A stretch of DNA of 64,000 bases from Gemmatimonadota bacterium (GTDB lineage Bacteria; Gemmatimonadota; Gemmatimonadetes; Longimicrobiales; Gaopeijiaceae), in NCBI GenBank assembly GCA_007125845.1, contig SLCK01000014.1, forward strand, positions 16,546 to 80,545, given 5' to 3'. The notes under the pieces were generated by a model. That model saw nothing but the letters and a program-made list of their open reading frames with translations, was not told the DNA's origin and did no database searches. The translations under genes and the position numbers were made by a program. Shown here one piece after another: positions 38,287 to 47,924 of the stretch; the first letter of the stretch is position 1; each line of letters begins with the position of its first letter.

Positions 38287-39510
38287 ATGCACCAGAGGCA
38301 CAGTCCGAGCATGGCCGGTCGAGGAAGTCGCACGCCTCTCCCGCCTTCTCGGCTCGGAAGCACGAACCCGATCATCTGGGCGGCCGCCTTCCTCCTCCTC
38401 ACGGCGGGCTGCGCTGAGTTGGGCGACGATCAGGTTCCAACCTTCGAGGTGGACGCCCTCTGGCCAATGCCGCTCGAGTATCCCTACATCCTGGGACCGG
38501 TCTCCGGGGTGACGGTCGCGCCCGACGATCACATCATCATCCTGACCAGGCAGGACGGCTTCAGCTCCGCCAACGAGATCAACACGGTGACTGGGACCGG
38601 GACCTGCTGCACGCCGTCTCAGGCCGTGCTCGAGTACGCGCCGGACGGGACGCTGATGAGCGAATGGGGCGGACCCGACGAAGGGTACCCCTGGCCGAAC
38701 CGGCCCCATGGGATCGCGATCGATCCGGAGGAGAATCTCTGGATCGGTGGAGGAGTGGATGAAGAGGGCAACGTGGACACCCACATTCTCAAGATGTCGC
38801 GCTCGGGAGAGCACCTGATGACGATCGGTGAACCCGGTCAGAGTCCGAGCAACCAGAGCACCACCAGCTTTGGAGGCGCCGCGCGGTTCTCTTTCGACGC
38901 CGATGCGGGTGAGGTCTACGTGGCGGACGGATACGCGAACCGCAGGGTCGCGGTGCTGGACATGGATACGGGTGAGGTCCTCCGAACCTGGGGAGCCTAC
39001 GGCAACGAGCCCGAGGATGGAGACCTGCCGGCCTACGATCCCGCGGCGGCTCCCGCCGACCAGTTCCGGGACGTCACCTGCGCCGAGCTCTCGAACGACG
39101 GAATGGTCTACGTCTGCGACCGCGGCAACAACCGCATCCAGGTGTTCGAGACCGACGGCACATTCCTCATGGAACAGGTCATCGCGCCCCAGACACTCGG
39201 CGACGGCGCGGTCTGGGACATCGCGTTTTCAACGGATGGGCAACAGAGGTTCCTCTATGTTGCCGACGGGATGAACGAGAGGGTGCACATCGTGGAACGC
39301 GCTTCCCTGGAGCGCCTGACCAGCTTCGGTATCGGCGGGCGCGTACCGGGCACATTCATGGCCCTCGCCAGCGTGGCCACCGATTCGCAAGGCAACCTCT
39401 TCACGGCCGAGAACGGTCAGGGCCGCAGGGTCCAACGTTTCGTGCACACCGGCGTGGGGCCCCTGACCGCAGATCACCTCGGCGCCCTTTGGCCGAACCG
39501 CGAGCCTTGA
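38287..39510 (+). CDS. NHL-repeat beta-propeller lipoprotein (PAL-like)
   Basis: Start trimmed to ATG 38287, after AGGAG. Signal/lipobox IIWAAAFLLLTAGC. NHL repeats YVADGYANRRVAVLD and VYVCDRGNNRIQVFE. Confidence 0.8.
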   Translation: MHQRHSPSMAGRGSRTPLPPSRLGSTNPIIWAAAFLLLTAGCAELGDDQVPTFEVDALWPMPLEYPYILGPVSGVTVAPDDHIIILTRQDGFSSANEINTVTGTGTCCTPSQAVLEYAPDGTLMSEWGGPDEGYPWPNRPHGIAIDPEENLWIGGGVDEEGNVDTHILKMSRSGEHLMTIGEPGQSPSNQSTTSFGGAARFSFDADAGEVYVADGYANRRVAVLDMDTGEVLRTWGAYGNEPEDGDLPAYDPAAAPADQFRDVTCAELSNDGMVYVCDRGNNRIQVFETDGTFLMEQVIAPQTLGDGAVWDIAFSTDGQQRFLYVADGMNERVHIVERASLERLTSFGIGGRVPGTFMALASVATDSQGNLFTAENGQGRRVQRFVHTGVGPLTADHLGALWPNREP

Positions 39511-39616
39511 CCGACGACCCGACGTGCGGAACCAGAACGAATGATTCAGCGGGGCGCGAAATCGGCTCTTCGAGCCGTCGCGATCCCCAACCACCAACGA
39601 TGAGGAGAAGAGATCC

Positions 39617-40813
39617 ATGCGGCGCAAGTTGATAATCGGTGCTGCGCTGGTTGCTGCCATTGCGGCGCTCAGCGTGGGCCAGGCCGCCCTCGAGGCGCGG
39701 GCCGCGCTCCAGACTGTGGAAGGGCCGATGTTCGAGTTGGATCCCTTCTGGCCCCAGCCACTCCCTGACAACTGGGTACTGGGTACGGTGATCGGGGTCG
39801 CGGTGGATTCGCGCGACCACGTCTACGTGGTCCATCGCCCCGAGGGAATCGACGCCATGACGGAGGGCGCAGCAGAGCAGACCCCCCCCCTCGCCGAGTG
39901 CTGTGTCGGAGCGCCTCCCGTGATCGAGTTCGATCCGGAAGGCAACGTCGCCAACGCCTTTGGCGGACCGGTCGAGGGAGCGGATTACATCTGGCCCGGC
40001 TCCAACCACGGGCTCGGAATCGATGCGATGGACAACGTGTGGATCGGGAGCAACGGCCTCGACTCGCACATCCTGCAGTTTTCTCGGGACGGAGAGTTCA
40101 TCCGGCAGCTCGGCACCCCCGAACAGGACCAGAACAGTCTGAGCTACGAACACTTCTACCGGGTCGCAAAGGTCGCTTTCGACAACGAAAACAACGAGGC
40201 CTATGTCGCCGACGGCTATGGGAACCGGAGGGTTGCGGTGGTCGACGTCGATTCCGGCGAGATCGTCCGGTTCTGGGGGGCGTACGGAAACGAGCCGGAC
40301 GACGACTTCGAGTACACCGACGATCGAACCGTAGGCACAGGGTGGGCGTCGGACGTGGATCCGCAGCCGCAGTTCCGGACCCCGGTCCACTGCGCGGAAC
40401 CCTCGAACGACGGCCTGATCTATGTCTGCGACCGGCCGAACAACCGGATCCAGGTCTTCACGAGGGACGGAGAGTTCATCCAGGAGGAATTCTACGAGCC
40501 TGAGACCCTGGGCGACGGATCCGTGTGGGAGATCGCCTTCTCGCCCGACGACGAGCAGCGCTGGATCTATCTCGCCGACGGGAAGAACTCCCGCATCCGG
40601 ATCATCGAGCGTGAGTCGCTCCAGGAGATCTCTACCCTGGGCACCGGCGGCCGCCAGCCGGGCACATTCCAGGCGATTCACAGCATCGCCACCGATTCCC
40701 AGGGCAACATCTACGTGACCGAGACCTACCAGGGTCGCCGTATCCACAAGTTCGTATACCTGGGAGACGGCCAGGTCGCGCGACATCAGGGAGCCGCCTG
40801 GCCTTCACGCTGA
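39617..40813 (+). CDS. NHL-repeat beta-propeller protein, secreted (paralog of 38287..39510)
   Basis: 398 aa. Signal MRRKLIIGAALVAAIAALSVGQA. Motifs colinear with the upstream paralog (YVADGYGNRRVAVVD; IYVCDRPNNRIQVFT). Confidence 0.85.
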   Translation: MRRKLIIGAALVAAIAALSVGQAALEARAALQTVEGPMFELDPFWPQPLPDNWVLGTVIGVAVDSRDHVYVVHRPEGIDAMTEGAAEQTPPLAECCVGAPPVIEFDPEGNVANAFGGPVEGADYIWPGSNHGLGIDAMDNVWIGSNGLDSHILQFSRDGEFIRQLGTPEQDQNSLSYEHFYRVAKVAFDNENNEAYVADGYGNRRVAVVDVDSGEIVRFWGAYGNEPDDDFEYTDDRTVGTGWASDVDPQPQFRTPVHCAEPSNDGLIYVCDRPNNRIQVFTRDGEFIQEEFYEPETLGDGSVWEIAFSPDDEQRWIYLADGKNSRIRIIERESLQEISTLGTGGRQPGTFQAIHSIATDSQGNIYVTETYQGRRIHKFVYLGDGQVARHQGAAWPSR

Positions 40814-40965
40814 GGCTGGTCCCTCTGATATCGGCCCGCTGTGACGGTGGGGCCGCGACGCCCCCGCTCTCGAAGTCCGAGGACGGGGGCGTCTTCGTCC
40901 GCCTTGAGCGCCCTCGAAGCTGACCACCAGATGATCAACGTTCGGAAGACAAGGAGAATTCGCCC

Positions 40966-42792
40966 GTGAATGCTCCCCACGTGAACATGAGGGGCTGGGT
41001 TCTGATCGGAGCCGCACTCCTCGTCATCGGATGCGAGGCACGGACGCCCGAGGGGGCAATCGACTACCGCATCCCGGAGCAGCCCGAGATCGCGACCGGG
41101 TATCAGGAGAAGCCCGGCTGGGCCACATCGGAGTTCTCGGTCGCTGCGGCGAACCCGCTCGCGACGGACGCGGGGTACCAGACGATCCAGGCCGGCGGGT
41201 CGGCCGTGGACGCTGCCATCGCGGTTCAGATGGTGCTCACGCTCGTGGAACCACAATCCAGCGGGATCGGCGGCGGCGCGTTCCTCATGCACTGGGACGG
41301 GACCGAAGTAACGGCCTACAACGGGCGGGAACGGGCACCTTCGGCGGCCGGGGAGGATCTCTTCCTGGACGAGGAAGGCGAACCGCTTCCGTTCGGAGAC
41401 GCGGTGCGGAGCGGGCTCTCGGTCGGGGTGCCCGGCACGGTCGCGATGCTCGAGGCGGCGCACCATGCCCACGGCGTGCTCGAGTGGAGCGCGCTCTTCG
41501 AACCCGCGATCGCCCTCGCGGAAGAGGGGTTTCGCATCAGCCCGCGCCTCCACGCCCAACTCGACTCCGATGAGACCCTGAGGGAAGACGACATTGCCGG
41601 CGCCCTCTACTACGACGAAAATGGGAACGCGCTCCCCGTGGGCCATCGGCTCCGTAACCCGGCCCTCGCCGAGATCCTGCGCAGGATCGCCGACGAGGGA
41701 TCCGCCACCTTCTACATCGGAGAGGTTGCAGAAGCGATCGTGCACCGCGTGCGGAACCATCCCGAGAGGCCCGGGGCGATGTCGATCGAGGACCTCCGGG
41801 CCTATCCGGACCAAGAATTCAGGGTATCCCCCATCTGCTCGCCCTGGCGGAGCTTCACGCTCTGTGGCTTCCCCCCGCCCTCATCCGGCCACCTCGCCAT
41901 CGCACAGATCCTCGGAATCCTCGAAGAGACCAACCCGCCTTCGCCTCCCCTCGCGGACGGGCTCCCCGGCGCGGAGTGGCTCCACCACTACATGGAGGCC
42001 GCCCGGCTGGCCTTCGCGGACCGGAACCACTTCGTGGCGGATCCGGACTTCATCCCTGCCCCCGGTGACTCCTGGGAAGACCTGCTCGACCCGGCCTACC
42101 TGCGGGAGAGGGCGGCGCTTGTCGGAGACGAGAGCATGGGGGAGGCCGTACCGGGCGATCCTGCCCTAGAGAGAGCGTTGGCTCATGGAAGGCATCCCGC
42201 TCAACCGGACCGCGGCACGAGCCATGTCAGCGTGGTCGACCGCGAGGGCAACGCAATCTCAATGACGACGACCATCGAGTCGGGATTCGGCAGTCGGATG
42301 ATGACCGACGGGGGCACCGGAATGCCCGGCGGCTTCCACCTGAACAACGAGCTCACCGACTTCTCGCTCACGCCCGTCGACGACGACGGTCTCCCCATCG
42401 CCAATCGAGTGGAGGCGGGCAAGCGACCTCGCTCGAGCATGGCGCCCACCCTGGTCTTCGACGCCGGTACGGGGGCGTTCGTGGCCAGCCTCGGTTCGCC
42501 GGGCGGAGCGGGGATCATCCACTACACGGCAAAGGCGTTGATCGGGATCCTTGCCTGGGAGCTGAACGCTCAGGAGGCGATAGACCTACCGAACTTCGCG
42601 AACTACAACGGGCCTTCGGTGCTCGAGGCCGACCGCTTTCCGCGAAGCGTGATCGACGAGCTGGAGGCGAGGGGCCACGAGGTCGCCGAATCCAATCTGA
42701 CCAGCGGGCTTCAGGCGATTCAGCGAACGCCCGACGGCGGACTATTCGGAGGCGCGGATCCTCGCCGTGAGGGAATCGTCATGGGTCAGTGA
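40966..42792 (+). CDS. ggt: gamma-glutamyltransferase
   Basis: 608 aa. Lipobox ALLVIGC. Autoprocessing/catalytic region GTSHVSVVDREGNAISMTTTIESGFGS, and SPGGAGII near the C-terminus. Confidence 0.9.
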   Translation: MNAPHVNMRGWVLIGAALLVIGCEARTPEGAIDYRIPEQPEIATGYQEKPGWATSEFSVAAANPLATDAGYQTIQAGGSAVDAAIAVQMVLTLVEPQSSGIGGGAFLMHWDGTEVTAYNGRERAPSAAGEDLFLDEEGEPLPFGDAVRSGLSVGVPGTVAMLEAAHHAHGVLEWSALFEPAIALAEEGFRISPRLHAQLDSDETLREDDIAGALYYDENGNALPVGHRLRNPALAEILRRIADEGSATFYIGEVAEAIVHRVRNHPERPGAMSIEDLRAYPDQEFRVSPICSPWRSFTLCGFPPPSSGHLAIAQILGILEETNPPSPPLADGLPGAEWLHHYMEAARLAFADRNHFVADPDFIPAPGDSWEDLLDPAYLRERAALVGDESMGEAVPGDPALERALAHGRHPAQPDRGTSHVSVVDREGNAISMTTTIESGFGSRMMTDGGTGMPGGFHLNNELTDFSLTPVDDDGLPIANRVEAGKRPRSSMAPTLVFDAGTGAFVASLGSPGGAGIIHYTAKALIGILAWELNAQEAIDLPNFANYNGPSVLEADRFPRSVIDELEARGHEVAESNLTSGLQAIQRTPDGGLFGGADPRREGIVMGQ

Positions 42793-42808
42793 CCCGACTG
42801 CCCTCGAG

Positions 42809-42973
42809 TCAGTGACCCGAGAGGACGAACGTCGCTGCAGGGGGAGCCGCTCCCAGGTCGATCTCGATGGTGTCGTTCGACTCCTGCATCACGAAGTAAA
42901 CGGCGAGTCCCACCAGGATGATGATCGCGATGATTGCCACGATCGACACCATGCTCTTCTGACCTTCGGCCAT
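42809..42973 (-). CDS. small single-pass membrane protein (54 aa), below the ORF-track length cutoff
   Basis: Own translation: MAEGQKSMVSIVAIIAIIILVGLAVYFVMQESNDTIEIDLGAAPPAATFVLSGH. GGAGGA lies 7 nt upstream of the ATG at 42973. Confidence 0.45.
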   Translation of the reverse strand: MAEGQKSMVSIVAIIAIIILVGLAVYFVMQESNDTIEIDLGAAPPAATFVLSGH

Positions 42974-43157
42974 CCGTCGTCCTCCAGTTCGAAGCCGTTC
43001 CCCATTCGGACTCCGGGCGAGGTCCGCGAGGATTCGACTGCTCAGGTACCCGCTGTCGTCGGACGTGACCCGGGTCCGCGGCGACTCGGGAATATCCCCC
43101 GGGACCCCAAAAGGTTCGCCCGCCAGTCGAGCATCATGCCCGAACCAGGAGCTCCCG

Positions 43158-43715
43158 ATGGCGATCCACCGAGCAAGAATCGCCCCTTCCCTCTGGTTCG
43201 ACGACGAGGCCGAAGAGGCCGCACGCTTCTACGTGAGAATCTTTCCGAATTCCAGAGTGCTCCGGATCACCCGGTACGGAAAAGAGGGACACGACCTCCA
43301 CGGACGACCCGAGGGATCGGTCATGACCGTGGACTTCGAGCTCGATGGCATGCCCTTTACCGCCCTCAACGGAGGCAACCTCTTCACCTTCAACGAGGCG
43401 ATCTCGCTCCAGGTGATCTGTGACACGCAGGCGGAGGTAGACCACTACTGGGACCGCCTCTCTTCCGGGGGCGACGAGACGGCCCTGGGGTGCGGGTGGC
43501 TGAAGGACCGATGCGGCGTGTCCTGGCAGATCCTTCCCAGAGGCCTGAACGAACTGATCGGCGATCCGACGTGCGCGGCCTCCCAACGGGCGATGTGGGC
43601 GATGCTGCGGATGACCAAGCTCGACCTGGAGGACCTTCGACGGGCCTACGACCGGGCGCACGACATTTCCGACATGCGCGAACCGCTGCATCACGCCGAG
43701 CAGAGCCGCTCGTGA
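43158..43715 (+). CDS. VOC-superfamily protein (PhnB / 3-demethylubiquinone-9 3-methyltransferase-domain family)
   Basis: Start trimmed to ATG 43158, after AGGAG. Motifs IAPSLWFDDEAEEAARFYVRIFPNS, FTALNGG, FNEAISLQV, CGWLKDRCGVSWQILP. Confidence 0.8.
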   Translation: MAIHRARIAPSLWFDDEAEEAARFYVRIFPNSRVLRITRYGKEGHDLHGRPEGSVMTVDFELDGMPFTALNGGNLFTFNEAISLQVICDTQAEVDHYWDRLSSGGDETALGCGWLKDRCGVSWQILPRGLNELIGDPTCAASQRAMWAMLRMTKLDLEDLRRAYDRAHDISDMREPLHHAEQSRS

Positions 43716-43797
43716 ACCCTCCTCGGTGGCTGGGGTATCCGCGATTCGCCCCGAGCAGCCAAGTCCCCGAGCTTCCGTCCGAGGAGGGACCGTCCGC

Positions 43798-44328
43798 ATG
43801 ACCACGAGGTCAGGCTCCGGTGAAGCGATCCGAACGGCCCTGAAGCGGGCCCGAAACGCCCTGTCCAGAATGGACTCCGTCGGAAGGGGCACGGCCCGGA
43901 CCCGCGCCACGGTGCGGCAGGGATTGACTTGCGATGTCGTGGACGGGCCCTGGCGCTTCGTGGCCGACATGCCGGCAAAAGCCGGCGGAGGTGCGGAAGG
44001 CCCGGACCCCGGGGTGTACGGGCGTGCCGCTCTCGCGAGCTGTCTCGCAGTGGGCTATACGATGTGGGCGGCTGAGCGGGGCATCGACTTCGACTCCCTA
44101 GAGGTGGAAGTTCAGGCCGACTACGACGCCCGGCCCGAGTACGGAGTGGGAGACGGCACACCGGGGTACGAGGCGATTCGCTGGGTCGTCCGGGTTCAGA
44201 GCAGCGCCCCGGAGAACGAGGTTCTCGACGTTCTGAGGACCGCGGAGACGCGGAGTCCATTTCTGGCGCTCTTCCGCAACTCTCAGGAGCTCACCCGGGA
44301 GATTCGCATCGAAGCCCCGGAGGACTGA
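43798..44328 (+). CDS. OsmC/Ohr-family peroxiredoxin-like protein
   Basis: Start trimmed to ATG 43798, after GGAGG. OsmC-like core with GPDPGVYGRAALASCLAVGY. Confidence 0.75.
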   Translation: MTTRSGSGEAIRTALKRARNALSRMDSVGRGTARTRATVRQGLTCDVVDGPWRFVADMPAKAGGGAEGPDPGVYGRAALASCLAVGYTMWAAERGIDFDSLEVEVQADYDARPEYGVGDGTPGYEAIRWVVRVQSSAPENEVLDVLRTAETRSPFLALFRNSQELTREIRIEAPED

Positions 44329-44332
44329 CGGC

Positions 44333-45154
44333 ATGGACCCCAGACTTCAGCTTCGGGTGCAGCGCTACGGATGGGACCGGGCGGCGGAGCTCTACGATCG
44401 CGCCTGGAGTCGCCAGCTCGAACCCGCCCAGGCCCTCCTCCTCGAGTTGGCCGAGCTCCGGGAAGGCGAGGAGGTCGTCGAGACCGCCTGCGGCTCGGGC
44501 CTGGTGACGGTCCGGATCGCACATGCCGTGGGGCCCTCAGGCCGGGTCGTCGCGACAGACCTCTCCGAAGGGATGTTGAACGAGGCGGGGCGGCTGGTGG
44601 AGCGGAACGGGGTCGAGAACGTGTCCTTCTTTCGAGAGGATGCGGGTCGCCTCGACCTCCCGGACGAAGCGTTCGACGCCTCGATCTGCTGCCTGGGCCT
44701 GATGTACGTTCCCGAGCCAAAGAAAGCCCTCAGCGAGATGCGACGGGTGCTGCGGCCCGGAGGCCGGGCGGTTTCGGCGGTTTGGGGAGAGCGCAGCCGG
44801 TGCGGCTGGGCAGAGATCTTTCCGATCGTCGACTCCCGGGTCGAATCCGAGGTCTGCCCGCTATTCTTCCAGCTCGGTGCCGCCGACACCCTCAGGCGAG
44901 AGATGGAAGAGGTTGGGTTTTCCGATGTCGATACGAGACGGATCACCACGACGCTGGAGTACGCCTCCCCCGAGGAGGCGGTGGTGGCCGCCTTCGCCGG
45001 CGGACCGGTGGCCATGGCCTATAGCCGATTCGACGATCAAGTCCGGTCTGAGGCACACCAGGAGTACCTGGAGTCGATCGCGGACTATCGGGACGGGGAC
45101 GGATACCGGATTCCCGGGGAATTCGTGGTGACCAGAGGGGAGCGGACCGGATAG
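44333..45154 (+). CDS. class I SAM-dependent methyltransferase
   Basis: 273 aa. Motif I VVETACGSGLVT. Post-I DLSEGML. LRPGGRAV block. Confidence 0.85.
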   Translation: MDPRLQLRVQRYGWDRAAELYDRAWSRQLEPAQALLLELAELREGEEVVETACGSGLVTVRIAHAVGPSGRVVATDLSEGMLNEAGRLVERNGVENVSFFREDAGRLDLPDEAFDASICCLGLMYVPEPKKALSEMRRVLRPGGRAVSAVWGERSRCGWAEIFPIVDSRVESEVCPLFFQLGAADTLRREMEEVGFSDVDTRRITTTLEYASPEEAVVAAFAGGPVAMAYSRFDDQVRSEAHQEYLESIADYRDGDGYRIPGEFVVTRGERTG

Positions 45155-47154
45155 GGTGACCGGTTCGCCCACACGATTCCGAGCGCGAGTGCGAGGAGAA
45201 CGACTCCCCCGGCGGCCCCGATCCATCCAAGCTCGCCCGCGTCGAATCCGCTCCTCGCAAGGACGACGGCAAGGCCGTTGTGAAGCACGTGCCATACGAC
45301 GGCGGGATAGAGCGATCCAGTCATCAGCGTGGTGGCCGCGAGGATCACTCCCAGGAATGCGGTGACCGGGATGCGGAACGGATCGTAGTGGAACAAGCCG
45401 AAGATCACGCCGACCGCCAGAGCCAGCGCCACCGGTGACAAGCGCTTGCTGAGTCCGTGGAGGATGACTCCCCGGAAGGTGAGCTCTTCCGTGACCCCGG
45501 GAATCAGCGCCACCAGTAGGAGGACCTGCCAGAGCGGAAGCTCGTCCTGCAGGATCGCCTGTCCAAAGCTCTCCATGAGCCCGTCCGGAACGGGAAGGAC
45601 CAGGTCGATCAGGCTCACCATCCCGGCGGCCGCCGCCATCCCTGCCGGAACCCCGATCAGAACTCCGGCCCAGGCCCCGGGCCTCGGCATCCTGAGCGCG
45701 AGGGCCGCGACAGGGTCCAGACGAAAGCGCCGGATGGCGGCGACAGGAAAGGCCAGGAACAGGACTCCGACTCCGAGCAGGATCGTCCACCGGAGATCGT
45801 CGAATCGGAGGTTCAACTCCAGCACCAGCTTGATTGCCCACAGGACCAGGATCCAGCGGAGGACCCGCCTCGGGAACAGCTCCTTTCCGCCGAGAGCTTC
45901 CTCCCGGGGAACCTCTCCCGCCATCAGGCCTTCATCGCCCAGGGTTCGAACGCCCCTGTGCACCACCCAGGCCGCAGCTCCCGCGGTCACGAACCAGGCA
46001 GCCGTCGCCCAGGCGAGGTGCCCGTCCCCCGCCAACAGGTCGCGTGCGGCGAGGGCCACGTTGGCGATCGGGACAGCGACCCACACGGACCGCAGGGAGA
46101 TGTCCGGGAGCAGCGGAGCGAGCGCCGGAACGACCAGGCCGAGAAAGACCGGCATCATGTAGAGCTGGGCTTCCCTGTATCCGGTAGCGTGGGAGGAGAC
46201 CAGCAGGAGGACGCCCGAGACCAGAGCGACGACCGGCAATTGCAGGAGGAGGAGCCCGCCGGCGAGGCCCGGAGAGATGGAGATCCGAACCGCCTCGATC
46301 GGCCGGAGCCAACCGGCCTCCATCAAGAGCCAGAGGTTCAGGAGTTGCATCACAGCGATCGCGCCGGCCACGAGCATGACCGCGAGAAGCTTGCCGGTGA
46401 CGATCTCAGTCCGCGAAGCCGCCGTGGTCAGGAGGGTGGCCAGGGTGCCTCGCTCCTTCTCTCCGGCAATGCTGTCGGTCGCGACGGCCGACCCCCCGAG
46501 GACCATCAAGGCCAGAATCATCGCGGTCAGGAACCCGCCGAGGCGCGCCCCACGCACCTGCCCCACCGTAGCGAGGTCCATCGATTCCACGGTCGCCACA
46601 CCGCGAACCGAAACGGGAACCCCGGCATCGGAGAGAATGGAGTCCCGCCTCGCCTCGTGCCGCTCGGCCAGCACGTCGCCCAGCAGCTCGGCTGCCTCCC
46701 TGGAGGCGGTGCGGGTGGCGTAGTGATCGATGCGGAGGACCCGATCCCCTCGATCCGTCGCCGGCAGCCCCGCGTCCATCACGCCGCCCGTGTCCTCCCC
46801 CGGCCGGCCGTCGGGGGAATGCGCCCGCACGTGGGCGTCCAGCGAGTCCACCGCCAGTGCGCGGCGGGGGTCCTCGGGTGACTCGATACGAAAGCGGTCG
46901 GCGGATTCCCCGACCTCGGGGAGGGAACGCAACAGCTCGAGCGCGAAGGCGGCCTCGTCGCCCGTGACCGCCACTCGATACGTGCGCGTCTCCGTCTGTT
47001 CGACCCGGCGATCCTCCATCCTGGAGCCGGCCAGGAAGAGCGCAGGGAGCAGGACCATCGGAAGGACCAGAGCGACGAAGACGGCCCTCGGGTCGCGGAG
47101 GAGCGAGAGGACCTCCACGACCGCCAGCGCCCGGACCGCGGGACGGATCCTCAA
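45085..47154 (-). CDS. fusion protein: ABC-2 (NatB-like) permease + CPBP-family intramembrane glutamic protease
   Basis: 689 aa. The N-terminal 400 aa have ABC-2 topology (1 TM, large loop, 5 TM). The C-terminal part has CPBP motifs EELTFRGVILHG, FGLFH and WHVLHN. ATGA overlap with the upstream ATPase. Confidence 0.8.
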   Translation of the reverse strand: MRIRPAVRALAVVEVLSLLRDPRAVFVALVLPMVLLPALFLAGSRMEDRRVEQTETRTYRVAVTGDEAAFALELLRSLPEVGESADRFRIESPEDPRRALAVDSLDAHVRAHSPDGRPGEDTGGVMDAGLPATDRGDRVLRIDHYATRTASREAAELLGDVLAERHEARRDSILSDAGVPVSVRGVATVESMDLATVGQVRGARLGGFLTAMILALMVLGGSAVATDSIAGEKERGTLATLLTTAASRTEIVTGKLLAVMLVAGAIAVMQLLNLWLLMEAGWLRPIEAVRISISPGLAGGLLLLQLPVVALVSGVLLLVSSHATGYREAQLYMMPVFLGLVVPALAPLLPDISLRSVWVAVPIANVALAARDLLAGDGHLAWATAAWFVTAGAAAWVVHRGVRTLGDEGLMAGEVPREEALGGKELFPRRVLRWILVLWAIKLVLELNLRFDDLRWTILLGVGVLFLAFPVAAIRRFRLDPVAALALRMPRPGAWAGVLIGVPAGMAAAAGMVSLIDLVLPVPDGLMESFGQAILQDELPLWQVLLLVALIPGVTEELTFRGVILHGLSKRLSPVALALAVGVIFGLFHYDPFRIPVTAFLGVILAATTLMTGSLYPAVVWHVLHNGLAVVLARSGFDAGELGWIGAAGGVVLLALALGIVWANRSPYPVRSPLVTTNSPGIRYPSPSR

Positions 47155-47924
47155 GAGAGGAGATCCCCGTCGGCCGGCTTGAGCCCCCTCACGGATCTCA
47201 CGAAGATATCCTCCAGGTAGTGCAGCCCGGTCGCGGAGCGGAGCTCCTCCAGCGTACCGGTCTCCAGGATTCGTCCCCGGTGGATGATCGCCATCCGGTC
47301 GCAGAGCTGTTCCGCTTCCGGCATGAGATGCGTCGAGAACACGATGGCCTTGAGTTCCCGCCTGAGGCCTGCAATCACCTCGCGCAACTCCATGGCATTG
47401 AGGACGTCGAGCGCCGCGGTGGGCTCGTCGAAGATCAACACCGGTGGATCGTGAGCCATGGTCCGAGCGATCGACACCTTCTGCTTCATCCCTGTCGACA
47501 GCCGTTCGACTCGAGTGTCCGCATACTCCTGGAGCTCGAAACGGTCGACCAACTCCTCGACACGTGCTTCGATCCGGTCACGGGGGTATCGGTTGACCCT
47601 GGCAAAGAACCGGAGAGTCTCTCGAGGGGTCAGCTTGGGATAGAGCGCGGTAGCCGGAGAGTGGAAGCCAAGCTGTTCACGGACCCTCCCGGGGGCATGG
47701 CCGATCTCCTCTCCCATGATCCAGGCACGTCCGCTGGTGGGGCGGACGACCGTCGCCAGCATGCGGAGAGTCGTCGTCTTCCCCGCGCCGTTCGCGCCCA
47801 GGAGGCCGAGGATCTCACCTCGCTCGCAGACGAGGTCGACGCCGTCGACAGCGACCACTTCCCCCCGCCCCTCATCGTGGAACACCTTGGTCAGACCCTC
47901 CGTCCGCACGGCGCTCCCCCTCAT
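47151..47924 (-). CDS. ABC transporter ATP-binding protein (NatA-like)
   Basis: 257 aa. Walker A GANGAGKTT, signature LSTGMKQK, Walker B VLIFDEPT. Confidence 0.9.
   Translation of the reverse strand: MRGSAVRTEGLTKVFHDEGRGEVVAVDGVDLVCERGEILGLLGANGAGKTTTLRMLATVVRPTSGRAWIMGEEIGHAPGRVREQLGFHSPATALYPKLTPRETLRFFARVNRYPRDRIEARVEELVDRFELQEYADTRVERLSTGMKQKVSIARTMAHDPPVLIFDEPTAALDVLNAMELREVIAGLRRELKAIVFSTHLMPEAEQLCDRMAIIHRGRILETGTLEELRSATGLHYLEDIFVRSVRGLKPADGDLLS

Noticed and set aside
45085-45154. 70-nt convergent overlap of the methyltransferase and ABC-2::CPBP genes as a possible frameshift or mis-assembly
   Set aside because: Both reading frames look intact up to their stops. The tail of the fusion protein is simply unstructured, so there is no evidence of a disrupted gene. 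It is noted within the operon finding only.
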